In this document: in pieces, positions 21,742 to 30,397 of the stretch | How positions within the stretch are numbered: position 1 is the stretch's first letter | How the letters are laid out: the number at the start of each line of letters is the position of its first letter | Source: Polyangiales bacterium | GTDB taxonomy: Bacteria; Myxococcota_A; Polyangia; Polyangiales; Polyangiaceae | Length of the DNA: 52,528 bases | Reading direction: 5' to 3' | NCBI GenBank assembly: GCA_038231275.1 | Contig: JBBRLQ010000044.1 | Location: 1 to 52,528 of the forward strand | Made by a program: the position numbers and the translations under genes | Notes under the pieces: model-generated | What the model saw: the letters and a program-made list of their open reading frames with translations, nothing else | Database searches by the model: none | What the model was told of the DNA's origin: nothing

Positions 21742-22953
21742 TCAGCCTCGGCGCAAGAGGAGCGCGTGCTCGCGGCGAGGCGCGTCGTGGAACGCCGGCG
21801 TCGTCGCGGTGTGGAAGTGCGGACGCGTCTGCGAAGCGCGCGCGATGGGGCGGAACCCATGCTCGCGCGAGACGTCCTCGACGATGTCGTCGGCACGCAG
21901 CGCATGACGACCGACGGCGGAGTCGGCCATCAGCAGCACCATCGGCTCACCCTCGCGCAGCACGCGAGCGGCGGCGTCGAAGAAGCGCCCGAGCTCCTCT
22001 TCCCAGAACGCCTGCGCGCGCGCCCCTTCGAGCCCCGTGTAGCGCCGCCGCGCGCCCATCTCCGCGCGCTCGAATCCGCGCGAGTCGAGGTCGAGCCAGC
22101 GCAGGCGCAGCTCGTGGTGCGCGACGTAGTCGTAGGTCGCGGCGTAGGGCGGCGACGTCACGATGCACGTCGGGCGCTGCGGGTGATTCGCCTTCGTGAG
22201 TGTCTTCAGCTCCGTCGCGTCGTCGAGATCCACCTTCGACGTCGGCGGCGGGCTCGGGAGCGCGCGGCGAAAATCGGTGAGGCGCCGAGTCCACTCTTCC
22301 GCCTTCCGGATGAAGAGCTTCGCCGGGTATCCCGCGCCGATCCGTCGCCCTTCCGTCTTCTCGGACGTGTCGCCGCGCTTGCGACTGAGCTTCACGAGGA
22401 TGGCCGAGAGGACGAGCTCGAGATCGGCGCGCGCGGGTTCTTTGATCTCGCGAATTCCCGCGCGAATGGAGTCGAGCTCGAGGAGCACGTGGGGCTCGAA
22501 CAAGCGCACGTCCTCTTCGATGAAGCGCTTGGACGCGCCGGCCTTCGCTTTGCGACGCGCATCGGCGTGCGCAGCAACCACCCGCGCGGCGGCGATCATG
22601 CCTTCGAGCTCCACGTCGTCGCGCACGCGTGTCTTCGCGCGCGCGAGGCGGACGGCGAGCGGATTGATGTCGGTCCCCACTGCGCCACGTCCCGCCAGCA
22701 TCGCCTCGACGAGCACCGTGCCCGAGCCGCAGAACGGATCGAGGACCACGCCCTTGGGCTTCGCGAACGCCTCGACGAGCCGCGCGCCGGTGAGCGGGTG
22801 CATGCGCGCGGCGTAGGTGTGGAAGCCGTGGACGTGAGAGCGGTGCTCCTCCTCGTCGGCGCCGACGTCGAGCGCGTAGGCGAGCGGGGCGGCCTCTTTC
22901 TCGTCGCCCCCCGTCGCGACCACGCCGCCGATGTTCGTCAGGGATCGCTTCAT
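21742..22953 (-). CDS. SAM-dependent amino-methyltransferase (m4C DNA MTase or TRM11-like)
   Basis: HGFHTYAARM, DPFCGSGT, GTDINP, TSPPY; ATGA overlap with the upstream gene. Confidence 0.82.
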   Translation of the reverse strand: MKRSLTNIGGVVATGGDEKEAAPLAYALDVGADEEEHRSHVHGFHTYAARMHPLTGARLVEAFAKPKGVVLDPFCGSGTVLVEAMLAGRGAVGTDINPLAVRLARAKTRVRDDVELEGMIAAARVVAAHADARRKAKAGASKRFIEEDVRLFEPHVLLELDSIRAGIREIKEPARADLELVLSAILVKLSRKRGDTSEKTEGRRIGAGYPAKLFIRKAEEWTRRLTDFRRALPSPPPTSKVDLDDATELKTLTKANHPQRPTCIVTSPPYAATYDYVAHHELRLRWLDLDSRGFERAEMGARRRYTGLEGARAQAFWEEELGRFFDAAARVLREGEPMVLLMADSAVGRHALRADDIVEDVSREHGFRPIARASQTRPHFHTATTPAFHDAPRREHALLLRRG

Positions 22954-23585
22954 GCGCGCTTCGCTCGCTTGGCGGAGTCGGAGTCGGCGTCGGAGTCGGC
23001 GTCGGCGTCGGTGACGGCGTCGGGCTTCGGCACGCGAAAGCGTACGCTGCCGTCGTCGATGTCGACGCGGAGCTCGTCGTGCGCGGCGAGATCGGTGAGG
23101 AGCTCGTCGGCTTCGGCTTCCTCGATGCGCATCTGACGCGCGAGGGCCGCGGCGGTGGTTTGCCGCCCGTCCGTCGCGAGGATCGAACGGACCGCCTGGC
23201 GCCAGCCTTCTTTCACCGCGTCGTCCGCGTCTTTTCGGCGTTTGCCCGCGCGCGCCGACGAACGCCACGCGAAGAGGAGGAAGAGCGCGCCGACGACGCC
23301 GACCACGACGCCGAGCGTCGGCACCGCCGTCCACAAGAGCGCGGCCATTCCGCTCGTCAGCGCGCCGGTCATCGCGAGGGCGATCGCGCCCGCGCTCCAG
23401 CCGAACGCGGCCGTCTGCGCCACGCGTGCGCGCGCGAGCGGAGCGTTCTTGCCCGACGAGCCCGGCACTCGCGGCCCACCGCACACGCCGCAGACCCACC
23501 GAAAGCGGGGGCTCGCGACCATGGTCGTCATGCCGCCGCAGTGCGGGCAGAGCGACAGCTCGGGGGTCGGGCTCGGGCCGTTCAC
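22950..23585 (-). CDS. hypothetical membrane protein: Zn ribbon, 2 TM, possible winged helix
   Basis: CPHC..CGVC, two hydrophobic helices, TAAALARQMRIEEAEADELL. Confidence 0.7.
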   Translation of the reverse strand: MNGPSPTPELSLCPHCGGMTTMVASPRFRWVCGVCGGPRVPGSSGKNAPLARARVAQTAAFGWSAGAIALAMTGALTSGMAALLWTAVPTLGVVVGVVGALFLLFAWRSSARAGKRRKDADDAVKEGWRQAVRSILATDGRQTTAAALARQMRIEEAEADELLTDLAAHDELRVDIDDGSVRFRVPKPDAVTDADADSDADSDSAKRAKRA

Positions 23586-23633
23586 CCTTCGGTGATTAGC
23601 ACGACCCGCGAGGCGGCCTCGGGTTCTCCCGTC

Positions 23634-24338
23634 TTACGGCCGAACGACGGACGTACCGGGCGGCGGCGTGAAATTGAACTGCTTCGCCTCGACCGGCTCG
23701 TTCACCTTCGGGTTCACGAAGTCGAAGCGGTTCCGGTTGCCCTGGCCGTCGAGCACCATCACGCGGCGCACCTGGAACGTGTTCGCGTCGACGTAGAAGA
23801 GCACCTTCTGGTACGCGGGCGTCGGCTGCTTCGGCGTCCCGACGAGGACGAGCCCGCCCGGGAAATTCATCTGCTGGCCGTTCATGACCTGAAAGTCGAA
23901 CGTGTCGCTGAGCTTGCCCTGGCCGGTGAGAAACGACAGCGCCGCGGGGTACTGCGACTTGTCGACCTGCTGCTCGAACATCTGGCGGTTCTGCGCTTCG
24001 TAGACCTTGAGCGTCGTCCCGTCGGACACCACGCGGTTGTCCTTCGGCTCGTCGTAGATCCACTCCATCTTGCCGGGCTTCGAGAAGGTGACCTTGCCCT
24101 TGCTCGTCTTCTTCTGGTTGTACGCCTTGACGAAGAACTCCTGGGTGAACTCGCACTTGAAGGAGGTGGTGCGGTCGTAGAACGTCTGCACCTTGCCGAC
24201 GACGTCGTTCACGGCGGGGAGCGGCGCGCTCGCGGCGCCAGCTGGCGCAGGTGCGGGGCCATCGGCGCGCGAGTCTTTCGCGACGAGCGGCGACGTGCAC
24301 GCGGCGACGAGCAGGAGGGGGAGGAGGAAGCGGCGCAT
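23634..24338 (-). CDS. lolA: outer membrane lipoprotein carrier LolA family
   Basis: FTQ, GKVTFSKPGKMEWIY, VVSDG, VLDGQGNRN; alternative starts 24353, 24359. Confidence 0.85.
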   Translation of the reverse strand: MRRFLLPLLLVAACTSPLVAKDSRADGPAPAPAGAASAPLPAVNDVVGKVQTFYDRTTSFKCEFTQEFFVKAYNQKKTSKGKVTFSKPGKMEWIYDEPKDNRVVSDGTTLKVYEAQNRQMFEQQVDKSQYPAALSFLTGQGKLSDTFDFQVMNGQQMNFPGGLVLVGTPKQPTPAYQKVLFYVDANTFQVRRVMVLDGQGNRNRFDFVNPKVNEPVEAKQFNFTPPPGTSVVRP

Positions 24339-24418
24339 GGGGCGGGTCTTCATTGGCATGTACACGCGGGGGTTCGGTTTATTCCAGAACGAAGGAGCGG
24401 TCGACCGCTTATGCATCG

Positions 24419-24979
24419 TTAGACGGCCTTGGTGCGACGACGATGGACCCCTGCGCCCGCCGCGCGCAACAGCTCGGAAAGACGGGGGTTCGCGGCAGGG
24501 CCGTTCGGCTCGAGGATCGAGTGCTGGAGCGCCGTGATGGCGATCGCGAGCGCGTCCGCGGCGTCGGATGGCGGGACCGTCGCGAGGCCGAGCAGCGCCC
24601 GAACCATCTGCGCGACCTGGGACTTGTCCGCGCGACCGCCGCCCGCCACCGTTCGCTTCACGCGCGCGGGCGGATACTCCGCCACCGCGAGCCCTCCGCG
24701 CGCGCACACGAGCAGCGCGACGCCGCGCGCGTGACCGAGCTTCGACGCCGCCTGCGCGTCCTTCGCGAAGAAGATCGCCTCGACGCTCGCCCGCTCGGGC
24801 GCGTGCGCCATCACCACCGCCACGAGCTCGCGCTCGATCACGACGAGGCGCTCGGCGAGCGGGTCCGCTTCGTTCGCGCGAATCACCCCGTGCGCGACGT
24901 GACGGAGGCGCGTGCCGATCTTCTCGACGACGCCCCACCCGAGCCGCCGCGTCCCCGGATCGATCCCGAGGACCCTCAC
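24419..24979 (-). CDS. ruvC: Holliday junction resolvase
   Basis: LGIDPG, LGHARG, GRADKSQV, DAADALAIA. Confidence 0.96.
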   Translation of the reverse strand: MRVLGIDPGTRRLGWGVVEKIGTRLRHVAHGVIRANEADPLAERLVVIERELVAVVMAHAPERASVEAIFFAKDAQAASKLGHARGVALLVCARGGLAVAEYPPARVKRTVAGGGRADKSQVAQMVRALLGLATVPPSDAADALAIAITALQHSILEPNGPAANPRLSELLRAAGAGVHRRRTKAV

Positions 24980-25003
24980 GTCGGCGCGCCCGTCGTTTGG
25001 CTC

Positions 25004-25753
25004 CTACGCGCCAATGCGCGCGAGCTCTTCGTCCGAGATGTCGAAGTCGGCGTAGACGTTCTGCACGTCGTCGTGGTCGTCCAGCGTCTCCACGAGGTTG
25101 AGCGCGACCTCGGCGTCGCGCCCGCTGACGGGCTTCTTGTTCTTCGGCAAAAAGACCAAGCTGCCCTTCGCGCCCGCGATGCCGCCCTTCTCGAGCGCTT
25201 CGAGGACGACGTTGAGCTGGTCCGACGGCGTCGTCACTTGCCACTCGTCGCCCCCGCCTTCGTATTCTTCTGCGCCGGCTCCGACCGCCAGCTCCATGAG
25301 CTGGTCCTCGTTCGTGTTCGGCTTCGGGATGAGGATGAGGCCCTTCTTGTCGAAGGCCCAGCCCGCCGCGCCGCCGCCGCCGAGGAGGCCGTTGTGCTTC
25401 TCGAAGATCTTTCGGATCTCGGCGACCGTGCGGTTGCGGTTGTCGGTCATGCCCTCGACGAGGAAGAGCGTTCCGCTGGGGCCGGAGCCCTCGTAGAGGA
25501 CCTCTTCGTACGCCGCGCCTTCGAGCTCGCCGGTGCCGCGCTTGACCGCGCGCGTGATCGTGTCGCCGGGCATCGCGTTGCCCTTCGCGTGATCGATCGC
25601 CTTGCGCAGGCGCGGGTTGCCGCCAGGGTCGCCGCCGCCGAGTCGCGCCGCCACCGTGAGCTCTTTGATGAGCTTGGTGAACATCTTGCCGCGCTTGGCG
25701 TCGAGTGCGCCCTTCTTGTGCTTAATCGTGGCCCATTTGGAGTGGCCGCTCAT
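25004..25753 (-). CDS. yebC: YebC/PmpR family protein
   Basis: MSGHSKWATIKHKK, YEG.GP.G, TDNRNRT, DDVQNVY. Confidence 0.96.
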   Translation of the reverse strand: MSGHSKWATIKHKKGALDAKRGKMFTKLIKELTVAARLGGGDPGGNPRLRKAIDHAKGNAMPGDTITRAVKRGTGELEGAAYEEVLYEGSGPSGTLFLVEGMTDNRNRTVAEIRKIFEKHNGLLGGGGAAGWAFDKKGLILIPKPNTNEDQLMELAVGAGAEEYEGGGDEWQVTTPSDQLNVVLEALEKGGIAGAKGSLVFLPKNKKPVSGRDAEVALNLVETLDDHDDVQNVYADFDISDEELARIGA

Positions 25754-25863
25754 GGTGTGCCTCTAGCGCCGCACGCTAATCGCGAGCGGGGCACTTTTCA
25801 ACGTCTGCGGCACGGGCGCGGCGTTCTTCAGCAGGTGGGGCCGGGCGTGGCGTCGGGGAGGCG

Positions 25864-26427
25864 TCAGGTCTTCACGCGTTCGTGCTTGTCGGGCACCGGG
25901 GTCGGGTGCTCCTTCATCCATTTGACCGCGCGACCGACGCGCGACTCGCTCGCCGGATCCTCTTCGCAGCGGCCGGAGGTGTAGCCGGCGAGCCTGTGGC
26001 GCAAGGACATGTGCTTGCACATGCTGAACGACTCGCGAATGAGGTGGAGGCCCGCGGCGACGCACTTGCCACGATCGTCGATGAGGTCTTTGGCGGACCA
26101 GCCCTCGAGCGTCTTGCCGTGCACTTGGATTTGCATGATGCAGATCGAGATGCCTTTGTCGCCGCGCGCGCGGCCTTCGTCGACGTCGGCGCGGAAGTGG
26201 CTCTCGAACGACGCGATCGACGCGACGAGCAGCGCGGTCTGCGTGCGGCCGTCCTCGCCGGCGAAGAGCGGGACCTCGCTCTCGTCGAGCGCGACCTTCG
26301 CGATGTCCGTGGCGATCGCCTCGTAGCGCGCGAGCGCGGTCGCTTCGCCTTCGCGGTGATGCACCTTCGTGGGCATCCACGAAATCATCGCGGTCAAAAG
26401 GTAAGCGGCAAGGGTGGCTGTGCTCAT
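25864..26427 (-). CDS. putative lysozyme-like/lytic transglycosylase-fold protein
   Basis: IASFESHF (catalytic ES-like), SICIMQI (GLMQI-like), LAGYTSG (AYN-like). Confidence 0.55.
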   Translation of the reverse strand: MSTATLAAYLLTAMISWMPTKVHHREGEATALARYEAIATDIAKVALDESEVPLFAGEDGRTQTALLVASIASFESHFRADVDEGRARGDKGISICIMQIQVHGKTLEGWSAKDLIDDRGKCVAAGLHLIRESFSMCKHMSLRHRLAGYTSGRCEEDPASESRVGRAVKWMKEHPTPVPDKHERVKT

Positions 26428-26674
26428 GGGGTCGCGCTTCGCAAGCAAGACCCTGGCCCAAACCGCTGAACGCCCGTTACGTTCAACCGAGAGGTCGCCG
26501 AGATCAGTAGCGTCTTTTTGCGGTTGGCATACCGAGACGGGCGGCGTTTCTGCGCAGGTGTACAGGGTCTACGCCCCTCGTACCGACACGTAGGCTGTGG
26601 TCCTGCGCCCCCAGCGTTTCACCCGTGAAATTGCGGCAGCGCAATGTTGAAAGGCGACGCCGAACGGAACGCGA

Positions 26675-29600
26675 CTAGCTCGCGGGCCTCACGCGCGTGC
26701 TGGCGAGGAACGCGTCGTCGGTCTTGTGCGCGTCGGCGACGAACGCGCCGTACTTGTCCTGCGCGATCGTGCCGGTCGTGATGCCGAGGACGAACTCCTC
26801 TTCGATCACGTTGCCGGTCACGCTGATCTTGCGACCCGCCTCGATGCTCGAGCCCTTCGTGTCGAAGGGACCGGGCGTGCGCACGACGCTCGCGCCCGGT
26901 GGGAGCTCGACGCGGCGGTGCGCGTGGTACTGGATGGCGTGGCTGATCGCGAGCGCGTTCTCGCGCGCGCTGCGGCTCGCGTAGGTCGCGCCGAGGGTCG
27001 TCACGAACGGGCGCGGGAACATCGTGTGGATCGGATCGATGCCAGGAAGCACCCACGTGCGCGCGGCAGCGGTGCCCTCTTGCTGCGCGTAGCCGGGGAT
27101 CGAGAGATCGGCGCGAAGGGCCACCTGCCACGAGCCCTCGCTCGAGGAGAGCTGCACGTCGTCGATGTTCGCGTACGGCACCCACGCGAGGGCGACGCCG
27201 CGTAGGGCCTTCTGGCGCTCGGCGCCGACGATGCGGACGAGCGCCTCGGCGAGCTCCTGCGCCGCGCGGCCGCGGAGGAGGACCGTGAGCGAGCCGCGCG
27301 CGTCACCCTTGGGGTCGACGGCGAGACGAATGTCGACCTCGTCGCGCTCGCCCTCGCCACCGGCGCTCGGCAGCGGCGCGATGCGTCCGTCGGCGTAGAG
27401 CGCCGCGCGTCCGCGAAGCTCGGGAGAGACGCGCCCCGCGGGGAGCGGCGGGCCTTGCACGTCGGCGTCGATCCATACGTCCTTGCCCTTCGCCGGATGC
27501 GCGATGGCGAGCGGATGCATGAAACGGCCAAAATGTGGGGGAAACGCCGGATCGGCGCTGAACGGATCGTTCTCGGCGACGACGACATCGACCGGAACAC
27601 CGAGCTCCCGCAGCGCGCGCGCGACGAGCCACGTGCGGCTCCCTTCGCTCGACGTCACGATCGTTCGCGCGGTCATCTGCTGCGGCCCATCGGAGCCGCC
27701 GGCGTCGAGCTCGATGAGGACGCCTGGCGAAGACTCCTTCACCGCTGTGCCGCTCGCTTCGACCACCGCCTCGACGATGCCCTCGGGCCCCGGCTTCTTC
27801 GCGGCGGCCGCGACGGTGCGCGCCCACTCTCCGATCTCCGGATCGTGCTCGTCGAGCGCCGCGAGCGTCTCGCGGAGTGCGCCGCCTACGTCCGTCCACT
27901 CGGCGGTGCCGAAGCTGACGCTCACGCTGCGGTCCATCTTGGGCACGCCGTCCTCGAGCCGGCGCACCGGACGATCGGCGAGTGACCACGTGAGCACGCG
28001 CGTGCCGGAGTCGTTTTTCTCCTGCGGCTTGCCGAGCATCGGGTGGCTCCACAAAGAACCACGCAGCCCCGCGGGGAGTCGCAGCTCGACGCTGGCCTGA
28101 TGCACCGCCGTGCGATCGCCGAGCAAGTCGGGCGTGTCGATGCCGACGTTGCCGGTGTCACCGGGGAGGGCCCACCCTTCGTAGATCGCCTCGACGCAGT
28201 CGCCTTGTTCGAGCTGCGACAAGTCCGCGTGGCTCTGCGCCGCGTGGGGCGTGCGCTCGGGGCTCAAGATGCGCCCGTCCTTCTTGAGGACGCGGCGCCT
28301 TAGAACGCGCATCACGTCGCGTCCGGAAAAATCGGGAGGCGTCGCCTGCGCGTTCTCCTCGACGTCGGTGGTGCCGCTCACGCGCCGCACGTCGTGCAGG
28401 ACGTAGTGCATGAGGCCGCTCGTCTCGACCTCGTACCGCTCGGTGTGGAGGAGGATCGCGGTCGGCGCGCTCGGGAGGATCGGGCTCTTGCGATCGTCCT
28501 CGGCGACCTTCTCGCTGAGGCCCTCGAGGGGCGCGAGCGGATCGTCGCCGAGGGCGCGGAGGAGCGTCGGGATGACGTGCGGCGCGTCGCGCGCGGTCAG
28601 CGCGGCGGCGAGGAGAGCCTTCTTGTCCTTGGGCAGATCGCTCGCGAAAATCGCAGTGAGCGTGCGCTCGCCGGGGAGCATGCGGCCGAGGAGGCGCGTC
28701 GCCGTCTGCGTGTCGCCGGCGGCGATCGCGTCGCGGAGGGAGACGGCCAGATAAATGTCGAGAGCGCCGAAGACGCCGCGCAGGCGCTCGAGCTCGGCCT
28801 CCGCGCCTTTGCGGTCGCCGCTCTGCCAGAGCGCGTCGTGGCAGTCCATCGATGCGCGGTTTGCTCCGCCTTGCGTGTCGCACGCGTAGGCGACGAGCTC
28901 GGCGCCGGTCCGCTCGAACGTCGCGCGCCCCGCGTCGTGGAGGAGCGAGGCACCGTCCAGCGGCCCCTTCGCGCGATCCCACGCGGCGCGCGCGCGATCG
29001 AACAGGCCCTCGCGTCCGCTCGTGGCGGCGTCGAAGACGTCGTAGAGGGGGAGCGCGTTTGGTCCTGCCTTCGCGCGATGCGTATCGAGATCGACCAGCG
29101 CCTCAATGCGCGCCTCGCTCTGTCCGCGACGCACGCCGGCCAACACCGCGTGCGCGATGGCGGCCTCCCACGACGTCGGCGACGCCTCGAGGACGCGCTC
29201 GTACGCCGCGCGCGCACGTTCGGCGCGATGCACCTGCGAGAGATCGCGCGCCGTCTCCACGGCGCGCGCGTACACGAGCGCCATCTCCGGCGGCGCGTTC
29301 GGGCGGGCGGCGTCCTTCGCGAGGACACGCTCCGCCGTTCGTCCGTCTCCCATCGCCAATGCGCCGGCCGCGACCGCGACCTTCTCGTCGTCGGTGCGCG
29401 GCGTTGGATAGACGATCGCGGTGCTCGTCGTCGCCTCTGCGGTCGCCGCGTCGCCGGCCTTGGGCGCGTGCGCTTCGAGGGGCTTTCCGTGCGCGTCCCA
29501 CGCACCGATCTGCACGACGTCGCCCTCGGTGTCCATTCCAACGCGCGCGACGATGCGCAGCGTGCCGGCCTTGCTGTCGACGCGTGCAAACCGAGCGACG

Positions 29601-30397
29601 TCGCCGCCGCCGAGCTCGTACGGACGATCGAGGACCACGCGCCCCCCGACCCGGAGCAGCGCCGGTCCCGTCGACCACAGCCCAACGCCGATCGTTCCCG
29701 CCTTCGGCACCTTCACGTCGACCACGACGTCGCGCACGCCGCGCAGCGCGCTGGCCGCTCCAAGATCGAGCGAGCAGCCGCGATCGTGCACGATCGCAGG
29801 CGGGAGCACCGTGCCGAAGGGGCCGGGCAGCGACGTGCCGCTGGGGATTTTCGCGTCGAATCGTTCCAGTGGATCGGGCGACGTCAGACCCGTCACCGGC
29901 GCCCACGCCATCGGTCCGAGGATCGTCGCCTCGCGCGCGCATCCGCTCGCCGCGCGCTGCTTGGCCGCCTCCGCCGCATCACCGCGGTGCTCGGCGAGCT
30001 TTTGCTTCGCCCGCGCGACGAGCCCAGGAACGAACGGATCGTCGGCAGTCGTGCGCAGCGCGCTGCCATCGTTCTTCGTCCGGAAGAGGAGCGCCGTGTC
30101 GTACCCCACCTCGCCGAGCCCGCTGACGTGTCGGAACACGAGCGAATCGAGCGCTGCCATCACCACAGGGAGCTGGTAGGCATCCCCCGACGACCGCCCC
30201 GCGAGATCGAGTGCCTTCAGGTAGCGATCGAGCGCGTCGCCCGGCGTTCCCGTGGCCTCGGCGCGCATCGCCGCGAGGAGCGGCGTCGTCAGATCGCTGT
30301 GTCCGGCGGCGCCAGGCGTCTTGGCGTCGTGTCCGCCGCACGCGGCGGCGGCGAGGGTGAGCGTCGCGAGCGCGACTCCTGCGATGGCGCGCTTCAC
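26675..30397 (-). CDS. large lipoprotein with TPR, DUF3857-like and degenerate transglutaminase-like domains
   Basis: Lipobox AAAC; LEQGDCVE, SEGSRTW at the usual GDC position, FMH, WIDAD; GTGA overlap with the upstream paralog. Confidence 0.75.
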   Translation of the reverse strand: MKRAIAGVALATLTLAAAACGGHDAKTPGAAGHSDLTTPLLAAMRAEATGTPGDALDRYLKALDLAGRSSGDAYQLPVVMAALDSLVFRHVSGLGEVGYDTALLFRTKNDGSALRTTADDPFVPGLVARAKQKLAEHRGDAAEAAKQRAASGCAREATILGPMAWAPVTGLTSPDPLERFDAKIPSGTSLPGPFGTVLPPAIVHDRGCSLDLGAASALRGVRDVVVDVKVPKAGTIGVGLWSTGPALLRVGGRVVLDRPYELGGGDVARFARVDSKAGTLRIVARVGMDTEGDVVQIGAWDAHGKPLEAHAPKAGDAATAEATTSTAIVYPTPRTDDEKVAVAAGALAMGDGRTAERVLAKDAARPNAPPEMALVYARAVETARDLSQVHRAERARAAYERVLEASPTSWEAAIAHAVLAGVRRGQSEARIEALVDLDTHRAKAGPNALPLYDVFDAATSGREGLFDRARAAWDRAKGPLDGASLLHDAGRATFERTGAELVAYACDTQGGANRASMDCHDALWQSGDRKGAEAELERLRGVFGALDIYLAVSLRDAIAAGDTQTATRLLGRMLPGERTLTAIFASDLPKDKKALLAAALTARDAPHVIPTLLRALGDDPLAPLEGLSEKVAEDDRKSPILPSAPTAILLHTERYEVETSGLMHYVLHDVRRVSGTTDVEENAQATPPDFSGRDVMRVLRRRVLKKDGRILSPERTPHAAQSHADLSQLEQGDCVEAIYEGWALPGDTGNVGIDTPDLLGDRTAVHQASVELRLPAGLRGSLWSHPMLGKPQEKNDSGTRVLTWSLADRPVRRLEDGVPKMDRSVSVSFGTAEWTDVGGALRETLAALDEHDPEIGEWARTVAAAAKKPGPEGIVEAVVEASGTAVKESSPGVLIELDAGGSDGPQQMTARTIVTSSEGSRTWLVARALRELGVPVDVVVAENDPFSADPAFPPHFGRFMHPLAIAHPAKGKDVWIDADVQGPPLPAGRVSPELRGRAALYADGRIAPLPSAGGEGERDEVDIRLAVDPKGDARGSLTVLLRGRAAQELAEALVRIVGAERQKALRGVALAWVPYANIDDVQLSSSEGSWQVALRADLSIPGYAQQEGTAAARTWVLPGIDPIHTMFPRPFVTTLGATYASRSARENALAISHAIQYHAHRRVELPPGASVVRTPGPFDTKGSSIEAGRKISVTGNVIEEEFVLGITTGTIAQDKYGAFVADAHKTDDAFLASTRVRPAS

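Noticed and set aside
21742..24979. Methyltransferase + RuvC as a defence or RM system
   Set aside because: RuvC is canonical and in the usual yebC-ruvC context.
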